Positions 48,884-59,627 of a stretch of DNA of 64,000 nt are shown one piece after another. Origin of the DNA: an uncultured Chloroflexia bacterium (GTDB lineage Bacteria; Chloroflexota; Limnocylindria; Limnocylindrales; CSP1-4). The number at the start of each line of letters is the position of its first letter. Within the stretch, counting starts at the first letter, position 1. The position numbers and the translations under genes were made by a program. Under the pieces are notes generated by a model. It saw only the letters and a program-made list of their open reading frames with translations. It searched no databases and had not been told where the DNA came from. The stretch covers positions 612,057 through 676,056 of the forward strand of contig CAVSXG010000002.1 in the NCBI GenBank assembly GCA_963731865.1, written 5' to 3'.

Positions 48884-49608
48884 CAGCCAGCGTCCGGTGG
48901 GGCGCCGGCCGGGTGGATCGAGCCGCTGACCTCACCGGCGGCCAGGTCCGCCTCGGGGAACATCGGCTGCGTGACCGCATCCCCGCCCTCCTCGCCGAGC
49001 CGTGCCGCCACCTCCACGTCAAGGAACGGCAGCTCTTCGAGGCTCGTCAGTCCAAACCGCTCCAGGAATTCGAACCCCGTGCCGTACAGGTACGGTCGGC
49101 CGGGGGCATCGGACCGGCCGAGCTCGACCACGAGCCGTCGGTGCAGCAACGTCCGGACCGTGTAGTCCGAATCGACGCCTCGGATCCGGTCGATCGCCGC
49201 CCTCGTCACGGGTTGGCGATAGGCGACGATCGCCAGCGTCTCGAGCGAGGCCGGCGACAGCCGCACGGCGTCGGCCCCGACATACCGGGCCACGAGGGCT
49301 CCGCCCTCTGGGGCCGTTGCCAGCTCCACGCGGTCGCCGTCGATGAGGAGCCGGATCCCGCGCGCCCGTAGCGATACCTCCAGGTCGCCGAGCCGGGCAT
49401 CCACGGTCGCTCGATCCGTGCCAGCGAGGGTGGCGACCTCGCGCCGGGTCAGCGGTCGCTCCGCCACGAAGAGGAGGGCTTCGAGGGCGGCCTCCGTGAG
49501 CTCGATCGGCTGCGGCTCAGCTTCCGGGGATGGTTCACGCGCGCCGTCCGGCGGCAGCGCGGCGGACAGAGGATCAGGCGGGTCAGCTCGCTCGATCGCT
49601 TCGGTCAC
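48883..49608 (-). CDS. scpB: Segregation and condensation protein B
   Basis: LEALLFVAERPLTRREVATLAG winged-helix region. GTG at 49608 overlaps the scpA stop (GTGA). Confidence 0.75.
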   Translation of the reverse strand: MTEAIERADPPDPLSAALPPDGAREPSPEAEPQPIELTEAALEALLFVAERPLTRREVATLAGTDRATVDARLGDLEVSLRARGIRLLIDGDRVELATAPEGGALVARYVGADAVRLSPASLETLAIVAYRQPVTRAAIDRIRGVDSDYTVRTLLHRRLVVELGRSDAPGRPYLYGTGFEFLERFGLTSLEELPFLDVEVAARLGEEGGDAVTQPMFPEADLAAGEVSGSIHPAGAPPDAG

Positions 49609-50507
49609 GCGAACGACTCCAGGCGCTCGTCCAGCGGCGTGTCGGGGGTCCCGGAATCGATGCCCGCGGCCGCTCGTTCCTCGGCGGTCGTCGACCTCGC
49701 GACGATTGGACCCCATGGAACCGCCTGCTCGACCACGATCTCGCGTCGTTTCATCAGCTCCAGCATGGCCAGGAAGGTGATCGCGATCACGACCCGGTCA
49801 TGGATGCCAGTGAGCAGGTCCTGGAGCACCACCGACGGCGCGTCACGCAGGGCGGCACGGATGATCGCCGCGCGTTCTGCGAGCGTGATCGATCGTGGGA
49901 CGACCTCCGGCGGGGGCTCGGGGGGCGGGGTGATGACCGCCAGACGGGCGAGGGCTCGCGCGAGCAACAGCGGATCGAGCGGCGGCGTGTCGAGGGGCCG
50001 GGCCCCAGCCAGCGCAGTCGCATGCGCGGCTCCCGGCTCCCGGCGGAAGAGGCCGATCCGGGTGACCGCGTCCTCGGCCAGACGAAGCCCGGCATCCCGA
50101 TGGGCGCGATAGACGAGCAGCCTGGCACGGAGCTCGGCCTCGGGATCGGCGCCCTCGTCGGGGGGGTCCGTCGCCGGTTCCACGGCCTGTCGCGGGAGCA
50201 TCGCGCGACTCTTGATCAGGATCAGCTGGCTGGCGATGGCCACGAACGCGCTGACGTTGCCGAGCCGATCTGCCTCGAGACCCGCCAGTGCGTCGAGATA
50301 GGCATCAGCGACGGCACCAAGCGGCACGGTCAGGACGTCGAGCTGGCGCGCCTCGATCAGCGACAGCAGCAGGGCAAGCGGTCCATCGAACTCGGCAACC
50401 TGCACCTGGGTACGTGTCTCGGGACGCCGTCCGTCACCAAATCGGACCGCCGTCGGTCCAGGCGGCGCGGGCGCCATGACGGGGATCCCGGGGGCAGGCG
50501 CGGTCAC
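49605..50507 (-). CDS. scpA: Segregation and condensation protein A
   Basis: FDGPLALLLSLIEARQLDVLTVPLGAVADAY...LELMKRREIVVEQ kleisin pattern. Confidence 0.8.
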   Translation of the reverse strand: MTAPAPGIPVMAPAPPGPTAVRFGDGRRPETRTQVQVAEFDGPLALLLSLIEARQLDVLTVPLGAVADAYLDALAGLEADRLGNVSAFVAIASQLILIKSRAMLPRQAVEPATDPPDEGADPEAELRARLLVYRAHRDAGLRLAEDAVTRIGLFRREPGAAHATALAGARPLDTPPLDPLLLARALARLAVITPPPEPPPEVVPRSITLAERAAIIRAALRDAPSVVLQDLLTGIHDRVVIAITFLAMLELMKRREIVVEQAVPWGPIVARSTTAEERAAAGIDSGTPDTPLDERLESFA

Positions 50508-50508
50508 C

Positions 50509-51010
50509 TCAGTTGGCCTCGTCCGCGAGCCGGAGAAGTTCGCCGAATTCGGGATCGACTGGCGCGTCCTGGTATCGGATCAGCTCGACGGTGCGTGGCG
50601 GGCACCCGGCCGATGCCGCGAGTGCGGCCGAGGTTTCGGCATGCGTCCGGAGCCGTTCCAACGGCGCGCCAAAGACCCGGCAGACGTCGCGCAACGGCGG
50701 CGATCCAATGCCCATAGGTGCTGGCCAGCGCATAGGCGACGCGCGGCCAGACGCCGGTGTTGCCCTTGCCCGCGTCGTGCAGCAACCCTGCCAACAGGGC
50801 ATCGGGTTCGGTGACCCGTTCCGCGCGAAGGGACGCCACGACGTCGAGACCATGTCGTCGATCGGCGATGTGCATCGAATCGAAGAGGTCGAGCTGCGCC
50901 GGGGTGATCCAGGTCGCCAGTGCCGTCCGCTCCTCGGGCGCCACTCGGGCCCGCAGGTGCGACCGGAACTGGCGGAACCTAGAAACCCACCAGGAAGCTG
51001 TAGAACGCAT
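50509..51010 (-). pseudogene. HD-domain phosphohydrolase-like protein, apparent frameshift
   Basis: ...FDSMHIADRRHGLDVV...LLHDAGK in one frame. C-terminus ...VFGAPLERLRTHAETSAALAASAG... in another. Junction ~50655-50665 (gccgggtc). Confidence 0.45.
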
Positions 51011-51647
51011 CGATGATCGGGAGGAGCACCCGGCCGCCGATCGAGCCGCCCGGCGGCAGGAAGAACAGCAGGAGCAGGATGACGAACCCGTATTGCTCGA
51101 GGATGGGGCGAATCTGGTATTCCGTTCGCCGGTCGAGGAAGGCGAACAGGACCTTCGAACCGTCGAGCGGCGGGATGGGGATCAGGTTGAACACCATCAG
51201 GACGAGGTTGATCAGCACGAACAGGCTGAGGACCTGCGCGAGCATACCGACGTCGGCGAGCAAGTCCGGATTTCCGACCAGGTAACGCAACGGGATGGCG
51301 GCCGCGGCGGCGAGGACGAGGTTGGACAGCGGACCGGCGGCCGCGACGATCGCTTCGCCTCGCCGGCCGTACAGCAGGTTCATCGGGTTGACCGGCGTCG
51401 GCTTGGCCCAGCCAAACCCGAAGGCACTCCCCGACGCCGCGGACCCGATGAACGTGACCGCGAGCAGGATGCCGCCGACCGGATCGAAGTGGGCGATCGG
51501 ATTGATCGTCAGCCGGCCAAACAGCTTGGCCGTGCCATCCCCGAGGCGGTAGGCCGCGAGGGCGTGACTGAACTCGTGAACGGGAAAGCCCACGAGCAGC
51601 ATGATGGCCACGACGATCGCGGCGGGAATGAGTCGATCAGGATCCAC
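50979..51647 (-). CDS. Site-2 protease family (peptidase M50) membrane metalloprotease
   Basis: HEFSHA HExxH in a TM helix and the downstream LDG motif. Confidence 0.8.
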   Translation of the reverse strand: MDPDRLIPAAIVVAIMLLVGFPVHEFSHALAAYRLGDGTAKLFGRLTINPIAHFDPVGGILLAVTFIGSAASGSAFGFGWAKPTPVNPMNLLYGRRGEAIVAAAGPLSNLVLAAAAAIPLRYLVGNPDLLADVGMLAQVLSLFVLINLVLMVFNLIPIPPLDGSKVLFAFLDRRTEYQIRPILEQYGFVILLLLFFLPPGGSIGGRVLLPIIDAFYSFLVGF

Positions 51648-51746
51648 GCGGCACCTGGTGTCTGGGGGTCCCGCGTATCGTAGCCGCGGCTGCCTTCCGC
51701 GGTCTGCCGGCTGCGGTCAGGGCCGCGGTCGACGCCCCCTCCAGGA

Positions 51747-52637
51747 TCAGAGCCGACCGAGCAGATCGGTCTTCTTGGCTTCGTATTCCTCGGCCGAGAT
51801 CGCGCCACGATCGCGCAGGTCGGCGAGACTGGCGAGCGTCCGGGTCACGTCGTCAGGGTTGGCCCTCGGTGGGGTTGCCGACGCCGGAGCCGGCGAGGTG
51901 ATCGGCGCGCTTGGTGGCGGAGCAGGCCGCTCCGGTACCTCAATGTTGGCCGCGGACGCCGAGGTTTCGGCTCGCGGCGCAGGACCAGCGGCGCCCGAGC
52001 CTGTTCCCGATCCACCGACCGATGCCCCGCCGGTGGGGCCGGCCGAGGCGCCGGCGGCCGACGGACCCGCGAGGCCGACGACGCGGAGGCCCGACGAGGC
52101 ACGGATCGGCGGACTCGGCTGCCAGCCCGACCGCTCCATGTCGACCTCGTATTCGTGCTTGGCGTCCAGCATCGCCCGCTTGAACCCGATCGGGTCAATG
52201 ATCATCCGAAACCGCTCGATGCCGGCCTCCGCGGCGGTCAGGACGTCGAGATCGCCAAACCCGAAGATCCGTCCGAAGATCGACTGCGTCAGCACCGCGT
52301 CGTTGATCTTCTCGAGCGAGCTGTCGGTCGCCCGCTTGTTGACCACGCCCTCGACCTGGACGACTCGGCGGTTCGTCAGGACGAACTCCGTGTTGAGGTA
52401 GCGCAGCGTCGCCCAGGCGAGGAAGACGAGTCCGCCGATGAACAGGATGGCCGTCAGGATGCCCAGGAGCGTCCGGAACGCACTGTCCTGCACGTTTCCG
52501 CTGAGAACGAGCAGGAGGAGGGCCGCGATGATCGCGGCGATGGGGATCCGCGCACCCCAGACGAGGACGAACCAATGCTGGCGGACGCGATGACTGACCC
52601 GTTCGCCAGTGGACAGCAACGAATCGGCGTAGCTCAT
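51747..52637 (-). CDS. Membrane protein with bacterial PH (bPH_2/YdbT-like) domain and C-terminal SHOCT domain
   Basis: Two TM helices, a PH-like region, a G/S/A/P-rich linker, and a SHOCT-like tail LADLRDRGAISAEEYEAKKTDLLGRL. Confidence 0.6.
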   Translation of the reverse strand: MSYADSLLSTGERVSHRVRQHWFVLVWGARIPIAAIIAALLLLVLSGNVQDSAFRTLLGILTAILFIGGLVFLAWATLRYLNTEFVLTNRRVVQVEGVVNKRATDSSLEKINDAVLTQSIFGRIFGFGDLDVLTAAEAGIERFRMIIDPIGFKRAMLDAKHEYEVDMERSGWQPSPPIRASSGLRVVGLAGPSAAGASAGPTGGASVGGSGTGSGAAGPAPRAETSASAANIEVPERPAPPPSAPITSPAPASATPPRANPDDVTRTLASLADLRDRGAISAEEYEAKKTDLLGRL

Positions 52638-52658
52638 GGTCGCCCAGGTCTCCCCTCT

Positions 52659-53586
52659 TCAGGCCCGCGGGTGGGCCCGGCTATAGACGTCCCGGATCCG
52701 CTCTCCGGTCAGGTGCGTGTAGAGCTGTGTCGTGGAGATACTCGCATGACCGAGCAACTCCTGGACGATCCGCAGGTCGGCGCCGCCCTCGAGCAGATGC
52801 GTGGCAAACGAGTGCCGCAGGGTATGCGGACTGACCCGAGCGGCGAGGCCCGCCCGGGACGGCGGCCCGTTTGACGGCGGCCCATGCCTGTTGGCGGGCC
52901 AGGCGGCCGCCGCGATCGCCGACGAACAGGGGACCGCCTCGACCCGGGTGGGCAGGCCCGACCGCGAGGAGTCTCGCCCTCGGCCCATCGATCCAGCGTG
53001 CCAACCAGTCCAGGGCAACCTCGCCGACCGGGACGAGGCGTTCCTTGTCACCCTTTCCGATCACCCGGACGAACGACCCGTCGGTCGATAGGTCCTCACG
53101 GTCGAGTCCGGTAGCTTCGCTGATGCGCAGGCCAGCGGCGTAGAGCAGCTCGAGCACAGCTCGATCGCGCAACCCGTGTGGCTCGCCGTCCTCGCCGCCG
53201 GCCGCGTCGAGCAGGCGGTCCGTTTCGGCGACCGTGAGCGTCTCGGGCAGTAGCCGCGAGGGTCGCGGCAGATCCAGGTGCGCGGCCACGTCGACACCGA
53301 TCAGGCCCTCGCCGTAGGCGAACCGATAGAACCCCTTGAGCGCGGCCGCCCGCCGTCGGAGGCTGCTCGGCGCCAGCCCCGGATCGTTGCGACGCCCACG
53401 GCGCGTTCGAGCGGCCAGGTAGTCGATCGCCGCCTCCGCGGACGCGGACCATGCCCGCCCGACATCGCGCGCGGCCGCGAAGTCGGTCAGGTCGGCCCGA
53501 TAGGCCCGGATCGTCGCCGGGGAGAGCCCACGCTCAACGTTGAGATAGGTCAGGTAGCCGTCGATCGCGGGCTGAAGGTCGGTCAT
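52659..53586 (-). pseudogene. xerD: Tyrosine recombinase XerD, apparent 1-nt frameshift near the C-terminus
   Basis: MTDLQPAIDGYLTYLNVERGLSPATIRAYRADL... in the 53586 frame. Catalytic C-terminus ...[40 protein letters not shown] is in the 52659 frame. Junction ~52865-52872 (gtcccgggcg). Confidence 0.75.
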
Positions 53587-53596
53587 GTGGCCGGCG

Positions 53597-55298
53597 TCAT
53601 CCCGCCCGGGCGACACCGGCCCGCCACGCCTCGGCCCGATCGAGCAGCTCCCGGGCGCTGGCGAGGCTCGTCGCCCCGCCCGCATCGCCGGCGAGCATCT
53701 GGGCGAGCTCGACGATCCGTCCCTCGTGGTCGAGCTGCTCCACCTCCGTGACGGTCCGGCCGTCGCGCTCTCGCTTGACGATCCGATACTGGGCGTCGGC
53801 GTGCGCCGCGATCTGCGGCAGATGCGTCACGCAAAGCACCTGGTGGCGACGGGCCAGGGCCCACAGGCTTCGACCGACCGGATCGGCGCCACGGCCTCCG
53901 ATCCCCGTGTCGACTTCGTCGAAGACCAGCACTGGCGTTTCGTCGGCTTCCGCGAGCACCTGCTTGATCGCGAGCGCAACACGGGACAGTTCCCCGCCAG
54001 ACGCGATCCGAGCCAGCGGGCGAGCCGGTTCGCCCGGGTTTGGCGCGAGGCGGTAGACGACCTGGTCGGCGCCGCTGGCATCGAATGCGACGGCGTCGCC
54101 GTCGAGCTCGATCGCGGCCTCGTCATCCGCAGCCACGCGTCGTCCAAGACCCACCTCGAAGACACCGGCCGGAAAGCCGAGCTCGGAGAGGATCCCGCCG
54201 ACCGCCCGGACAAGCGCGTCCGCGGCCGTTCGCCGCGCCTCGGACAGGGCCGTCGCCTCGCTGGCGATCGCAGCCAGCAAGGCCGCGTCCTCGCGCTGCC
54301 GACGGGCTCGCTCGTCGTCGAGACCGCGGAGTCGCTCGAGCTCGGCCAGGGCTCGTTCCCCGTGGGCGATGACGGCCGCCTCATCCTCGCCGTACCGGCG
54401 CTCGAGCGCGTAGATCGCGCCGAGTCGCTCCTCGAGCGCGGTGAGCGCGGCGGGATCGTGGTCGACGCCATCCGCGAGATCGCGGATCTCCGCCGCCACG
54501 TCGGTCAGCTCCGCTTCCAGACCGGTCAACCGTTCCGCGAGCAGTTCGAACCGCGGGTCGAGCCGGGCCAGCCCACGTGCCTCGCGCGCAGCCACGGCCG
54601 TCGCTTCGCGGGCGCCGGCGCCGTCGGCGGTCAACGCGTCATGGACGGTCACCGCTCCCCGGGCGATCGCCTCGCCATGCTGGGCGGCCGCGAGGCGTGC
54701 ACGGATCGCTTCGGCTTCTCCCGGCACCAGGCGGGCCGCCACCGATCTCTGCCGCCTCGTGTTCGAGCAGGTCCACGCGACGGGCCAGCTCGCGCGGTTC
54801 GATCGACAACTCCGACAGGGCCGCGCGGTTGGCGCGCCATCGCTCGACGACGTCGACCATGGACGCGCGCGCCGGTCCGTGCCCGCCAAACGCGTCGAGG
54901 AGGTCCCGCTGCCAGCGTTCATCGAGCAGCCGTTGCTGATCATGCTGGCCGTGGATCTCCACGAGCGGCCCTACCTCGTCCGCAAGGCGCGACGCGGTCG
55001 TGGCGAGGTCGTCGAGCCTGGCCGTTGAACGCCCGTTCGCCGCAACCTCGCGCACGGCGATCAGCGGCTCCGGCAGGCGGTCGAACAACGCCTCGACCCG
55101 CGCCGTTTCGGCGCCATGCCGGATCACGGTCGTGTCGGCTCGTGCGCCGGCAACCAGACCGAGCGCGTCGATGATCAGGCTCTTTCCGGCACCCGTCTCG
55201 CCGGTGATCACGTTGAGGCCTGGGGCGAGCGTCAGGCGAAGCCGGTCGATCAATGCGAGGTCGATGACGGTCAGTTCCAGGAGACGCCCGGCGTTCAC
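53597..55298 (-). pseudogene. recN: DNA repair protein RecN, apparent frameshift
   Basis: N-terminus ...LNVITGETGAGKSLIIDALGLV (Walker A) to ...LEHEAAEI in the 55298 frame. Remainder including ...LVFDEVDTGIGG is in the 53597 frame. Junction ~54725-54740. Confidence 0.8.
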
Positions 55299-56173
55299 GA
55301 GGGCAACAAGGCTACCTTGTGCCTGAGGAGGTCCCAGAACGGTTGGGCGCCACGTGGCTCGATGAGCCGGATCGGCCGCTCGACCGCGCGGACCTCGACG
55401 ACGTCGCCGACCGAGATCGGCAGGTCCTCCCGACCGTCGATGGAGACGAGGGCCTCGTGGGCGTCGACCACCGTGCAGCGAACGACCTGGCTGGGGCTCA
55501 CGACAACGGAGCGGATCGCCGACAAGTACGCCGCGATCGGGGTGACGATCAGGTTGCGGCTGACCGGGTCGACGATCGGGCCGCCCGCGGAGAACGAGTA
55601 CCCCGTCGATCCCGTCGGACTGGCTACGACCAGGCCGTCGGCGATGAACGTGGCGAGGTGCGAGTCGTCGATCTCCACGTCGAGACGGCAGACGCGTGCC
55701 AGCGATCCACGCGCCACGACGATGTCGTTGAGGGCGAAATGGCGCGTCTCTTCGGGGGTCGGTGCCAGGCGCCCGGGTGCGTCATGCGGGAGGCCGGCTC
55801 CACGAAGGATTCGGCCCTCGAGCGCCATCCGTTCGTCGATCCGGTACTCGCCCTCGGAGATCAGCCCGAGCACGGTCTCGAAGTCGTTGCCCTCGGCTTT
55901 CGACAGGAAGCCGACCTTGCCGAGGTTGATCCCGAGCAGCGGGACGTCCACTTCCGAGACCGCGCGCGCCGCCCGAAGGAACGTGCCGTCGCCCCCGAGG
56001 ACGACGAGCAGGTCCGTCGTCGGGAGCTCGCGAAGGAGGGTCGCGGTCTCGCTCGACGGCGCTTCCCACTCCCCGATTCCGCGGACCTGGCACCAACCGG
56101 CGGCGCGGGCACTGAGCTCGACCGCGGCCTCGATCGTGGGGTTGTAGGCAAACCCGATCCGCTTGACGGTCAT
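55295..56173 (-). CDS. nadK: NAD kinase
   Basis: VVLGGDGTFL...NLGKVGFL...ASPTGSTGYSFSAGGP motifs. Start ATG 56173. Confidence 0.85.
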   Translation of the reverse strand: MTVKRIGFAYNPTIEAAVELSARAAGWCQVRGIGEWEAPSSETATLLRELPTTDLLVVLGGDGTFLRAARAVSEVDVPLLGINLGKVGFLSKAEGNDFETVLGLISEGEYRIDERMALEGRILRGAGLPHDAPGRLAPTPEETRHFALNDIVVARGSLARVCRLDVEIDDSHLATFIADGLVVASPTGSTGYSFSAGGPIVDPVSRNLIVTPIAAYLSAIRSVVVSPSQVVRCTVVDAHEALVSIDGREDLPISVGDVVEVRAVERPIRLIEPRGAQPFWDLLRHKVALLPS

Positions 56174-56970
56174 TAAGCTGCCGTCCCCGCCGGCCAGGCG
56201 ACCGCCTCGACGATCCGATCCGCGATATCGGCACACCCGGGGCCGGGCGCCAAGTGGACGAGGAACTCGCGGTTTCCCTCTGGACCGAGCAGCGGCGAGG
56301 CGATCACCGCGCGCGCGCCGAGCCCGATGCCCCGAGCAACCTCGACCGTTCGTTCGAGAACCTCGCGATGGATTGCCGGATCGCGGACGACGCCGTGGTC
56401 CGTCCGGCCTTTCCCGGCCTCGAACTGGGGCTTCACCAGGGCGACGACCCCCCCACCAGGCGCGAGCGTGGTTGCCACGGGACCGAGGACAAGGTCGAGG
56501 GAGATGAACGACACGTCGATGCTGGCGAGGCCCACCGGTTCGGGCAACGTCGTCGCCGTCAGCGAGCGGGCGTTGGTGCGCTCCATCGAGATGACGCGCG
56601 GGTCGCGGCGGAGCAATTCGGCGATCTGTCCGCGGCCCACGTCGAGAGCGTAGACCCGGCTCGCGCCGCGCTGCAACAGGACGTCCGTGAAGCCACCGGT
56701 GGATGCCCCGACATCGAGACAAACAAGTCCAGCCGGGTCGATCTCGAACGCGTCGAGGGCCGCCGCCAGCTTGTGCCCGCCGCGGCTGACATACGGCTCC
56801 GGTTCTGCGACCTCGACCGGCGTATCGGCGGGCAGCAGGTCCCCGGGCTTGCGGTCACGGCGGGTCGAGTCGCCCTCCCCCACCCCGACCTTGCCCGCCA
56901 GGACCAGTGCCTGGGCGCGGCTGCGCGACTCGGCCAACCCTCGCTCGACGAGCAACTGGTCGAGCCGCAT
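56173..56970 (-). CDS. tlyA: TlyA-family rRNA 2'-O-methyltransferase (hemolysin A-like)
   Basis: S4 domain MRLDQLLVERGLAESRSRAQALV, then an FtsJ-like MTase (LDVGASTGGFTDVLLQRGA). Confidence 0.8.
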   Translation of the reverse strand: MRLDQLLVERGLAESRSRAQALVLAGKVGVGEGDSTRRDRKPGDLLPADTPVEVAEPEPYVSRGGHKLAAALDAFEIDPAGLVCLDVGASTGGFTDVLLQRGASRVYALDVGRGQIAELLRRDPRVISMERTNARSLTATTLPEPVGLASIDVSFISLDLVLGPVATTLAPGGGVVALVKPQFEAGKGRTDHGVVRDPAIHREVLERTVEVARGIGLGARAVIASPLLGPEGNREFLVHLAPGPGCADIADRIVEAVAWPAGTAA

Positions 56971-57052
56971 GCGTGGGGTCTTCGCCGGGCTCACCCACCT
57001 ATCGTGGCACAGCCGGCTGCACCCGGAATCACCCGACGAGCCGGCGACGTGG

Positions 57053-59059
57053 CTAGACGGCCGTGACCTCGGAGCGACCGGGCATGGCCCGGATCGTGGC
57101 GAGGGTATCCCTGACCTGCTCGGCGAGACCCGGGGCGTCCAGCCTGAGTACCCGCCGCAGGTCGGCCACCGACCCGTGGTCGACGAAGCGGTCGCCGGGG
57201 ATCCCGACGATGCGCACCGGGACGTCGCGATAGGCCGGGTCGGCCAACCGCGCCTCCTCGATGAGCTCGAGCACGCCCGCCCCGAAGCCTCCGGTCACCA
57301 CGCTCTCCTCGAACGTGACCACGAGACGTTTGCCGCGCGCCTGGTCGAGGATCAGCTGGCGATCCAGTGGCCGCGCAAACCGGGCGTTGATGACCCCGAT
57401 CGACCAGCCCTCGCCCTCGAGGACCTCGGCGGCCTCGAGCGCACGAGCCACGATCGGACCAAACCCGACGAACAGCAGATCGCGGCCTTCCCTGAGCACC
57501 TCGCCGCGCCCAACCGGAATGACCGTCGGCGTGACCGGGTCGAGACCAAAGCCGGGATCGCGGGGGTAGTGGAGCGCAAACGGGTGGTCCTGCGCGAGCG
57601 CCGTGTGGAGCAACGATCGCAGCTCCTGCTCGTCCTTTGGCGAGGCGATCACCAGGTTTGGCAACTGGCGCTGGGCCGACAGCATGAACATGCCCTGGTG
57701 ACTCGTCCCGTCCTCGCCGACAAGACCCGCCCGATCAACCGCGATCAGCACCGGCTGGTCGTTCTGGCAGACGTCGTGGACCGTCTGGTCAAAGGCGCGC
57801 TGGAGGAACGTCGAATAGAGCGCGACCACCGGGCGCATGCCGCCCATTGCCAGCCCCGTGGCGAGCGTCATGGAGTGTTGCTCGGCGATCCCGACGTCAA
57901 AGAACCGGTCCGGGTACTGCGCCTGGAACTTGGCCATCCCCGTCCCGGTCGGCATCCCGGCGGTGATCCCCACGACTCGCCGGTCGGTCCGGGCGAGCTC
58001 GATCAGCTCGGCGGCGAACACCGCCGTGTAGTTGGGTGGCTTGGGCGCCGCCACGGCGACTCGGGTCGGCGGCGCCGCGTCATCCGTCATCGACTCGGTG
58101 GGCATGGCGGTCCGCGCGCCGTTGTAGGCATCGGCACCGGGGGCCATCGGAAATGGTGGGAGCGCCGCGCCATGGAAGCCGACCTGGTCGGTTTCGGCCG
58201 GTCGGAACCCGCGGCCCTTCTGGGTTCGGACGTGGACGATCGTGGGACCGGGCAGCGCCAGCGCGCGCCCCAACGTCTCGAGCAGCGCGTGCAGATCGTG
58301 GCCGGGGACCGGGCCGATGTACGTGATCCCGAGATCCTCGAACAGCTGCCCGGGCTGCGCGAACTGGACGACGGAGCGGCGCAACCGGCGGCTGAGCTCG
58401 AGGACCGTGCCACCCACGACGGGAATTCGCTCGACGGCCCGGTCGTAGGCGCCCTTGCCCTGCCGCCAGGTCCGCGAGAGCTTGATCTGCGAGAGGTACC
58501 TGGAGAAGGCGCCCACCGTTGGGCTGATCGACATCTCGTTGTCGTTGACCACGATCAGCATCTGCGTCTTGCGCTGGCCGATGTCGTTGAGGGCCTCGAG
58601 CGAGAGTCCGCTCATGAGGGCCGCGTCGCCGACCACGACGGCGATCCGTTCGAGGCTGTGCCGCAGATCGCGGGCCTCGGCCAAGCCCTCGCCGATCGAC
58701 AGCCCGGTGCCAGCGTGGCCGCCGTCGAACACGTCGTGTGGCGACTCCGAGCGCCGCGGGAACCCGCCGACCCCGTCGAGCTGGCGTAGCGTCGCGAACC
58801 GGTCCAGGCGTCCGGTGAGCAGCTTGTGCGGGTAGGCCTGGTGGCCCGTGTCCCACACGATCCGGTCCCGTGGCGACTCGAGCAGTCGGTGGAGCGCGAT
58901 CGTCAGCTCGACGACACCCAGCGACGATCCGAGGTGGCCACCTGTCCTGGCCACCGTCCGGACGATCGTTTCGCGCAGCTCCACGGCGAGCTGGGCAAGG
59001 TGCGCTTCATCCAGGCCTCGCAGGTCGGCCGGGCCCTGGATCGTCGGCAGGATTTGCAC
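57053..59059 (-). CDS. dxs: 1-deoxy-D-xylulose-5-phosphate synthase
   Basis: GGHLGSSLGVVELTIALH...DTGHQAY TPP-binding N-terminus and full-length Dxs similarity. Confidence 0.9.
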   Translation of the reverse strand: MQILPTIQGPADLRGLDEAHLAQLAVELRETIVRTVARTGGHLGSSLGVVELTIALHRLLESPRDRIVWDTGHQAYPHKLLTGRLDRFATLRQLDGVGGFPRRSESPHDVFDGGHAGTGLSIGEGLAEARDLRHSLERIAVVVGDAALMSGLSLEALNDIGQRKTQMLIVVNDNEMSISPTVGAFSRYLSQIKLSRTWRQGKGAYDRAVERIPVVGGTVLELSRRLRRSVVQFAQPGQLFEDLGITYIGPVPGHDLHALLETLGRALALPGPTIVHVRTQKGRGFRPAETDQVGFHGAALPPFPMAPGADAYNGARTAMPTESMTDDAAPPTRVAVAAPKPPNYTAVFAAELIELARTDRRVVGITAGMPTGTGMAKFQAQYPDRFFDVGIAEQHSMTLATGLAMGGMRPVVALYSTFLQRAFDQTVHDVCQNDQPVLIAVDRAGLVGEDGTSHQGMFMLSAQRQLPNLVIASPKDEQELRSLLHTALAQDHPFALHYPRDPGFGLDPVTPTVIPVGRGEVLREGRDLLFVGFGPIVARALEAAEVLEGEGWSIGVINARFARPLDRQLILDQARGKRLVVTFEESVVTGGFGAGVLELIEEARLADPAYRDVPVRIVGIPGDRFVDHGSVADLRRVLRLDAPGLAEQVRDTLATIRAMPGRSEVTAV

Positions 59060-59206
59060 GCGGGTGTGACTCCCTGGGTCGGCCGGTCAGCGTCCGGCGG
59101 TCTGGTCGGCTGACGTGTCAGCGGGCCATGATGTGATGATCGAGTCTAAACCTGTTCCCTGCAGGTCGCTTGTTTCTCACGGATACGCCAGCGGCCCGGT
59201 GCAGGA

Positions 59207-59491
59207 TCATCGAACGCCGCCTGGCTCATCCGCGGCGTCGTCGGGAGTGACGTCGCGTGTCTCGAGGACACCGCCCGCCCGCGCGACGAGTTGCTGGACC
59301 CGGAGTTCCGCGTCGCCGAGCAGCCGCTCGCACCGAGCCTGGAGCGCGACACCCCGCTCATAGAGCGCGATCGCGACCTCGAGTGGCTGACCGCCGGCTT
59401 CCAGCTCGGCCACGGTCCGCTGCAGCTCGGCCAGCGCATCGTCGAACGGGAGGGCGTCGATCGCCGGATCAGTCGGTGTGGTGGCCACCAT
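59207..59491 (-). CDS. xseB: Exodeoxyribonuclease VII small subunit
   Basis: FDDALAELQRTVAELEAGGQPLEVAIALYERGVAL typical of XseB. Confidence 0.8.
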   Translation of the reverse strand: MVATTPTDPAIDALPFDDALAELQRTVAELEAGGQPLEVAIALYERGVALQARCERLLGDAELRVQQLVARAGGVLETRDVTPDDAADEPGGVR

Positions 59492-59627
59492 CGTCCTCGT
59501 CGTCGGTTTGGGTCATTCGGTCAAGCGGCGGGGCCACGAGCATACCAAGGCGCACCCCGATCACCGCGACGAGCGCCACGACCCCGAGGAACACGACGGC
59601 CTCAGCCATGCGGCGCCCGATCCGCGA

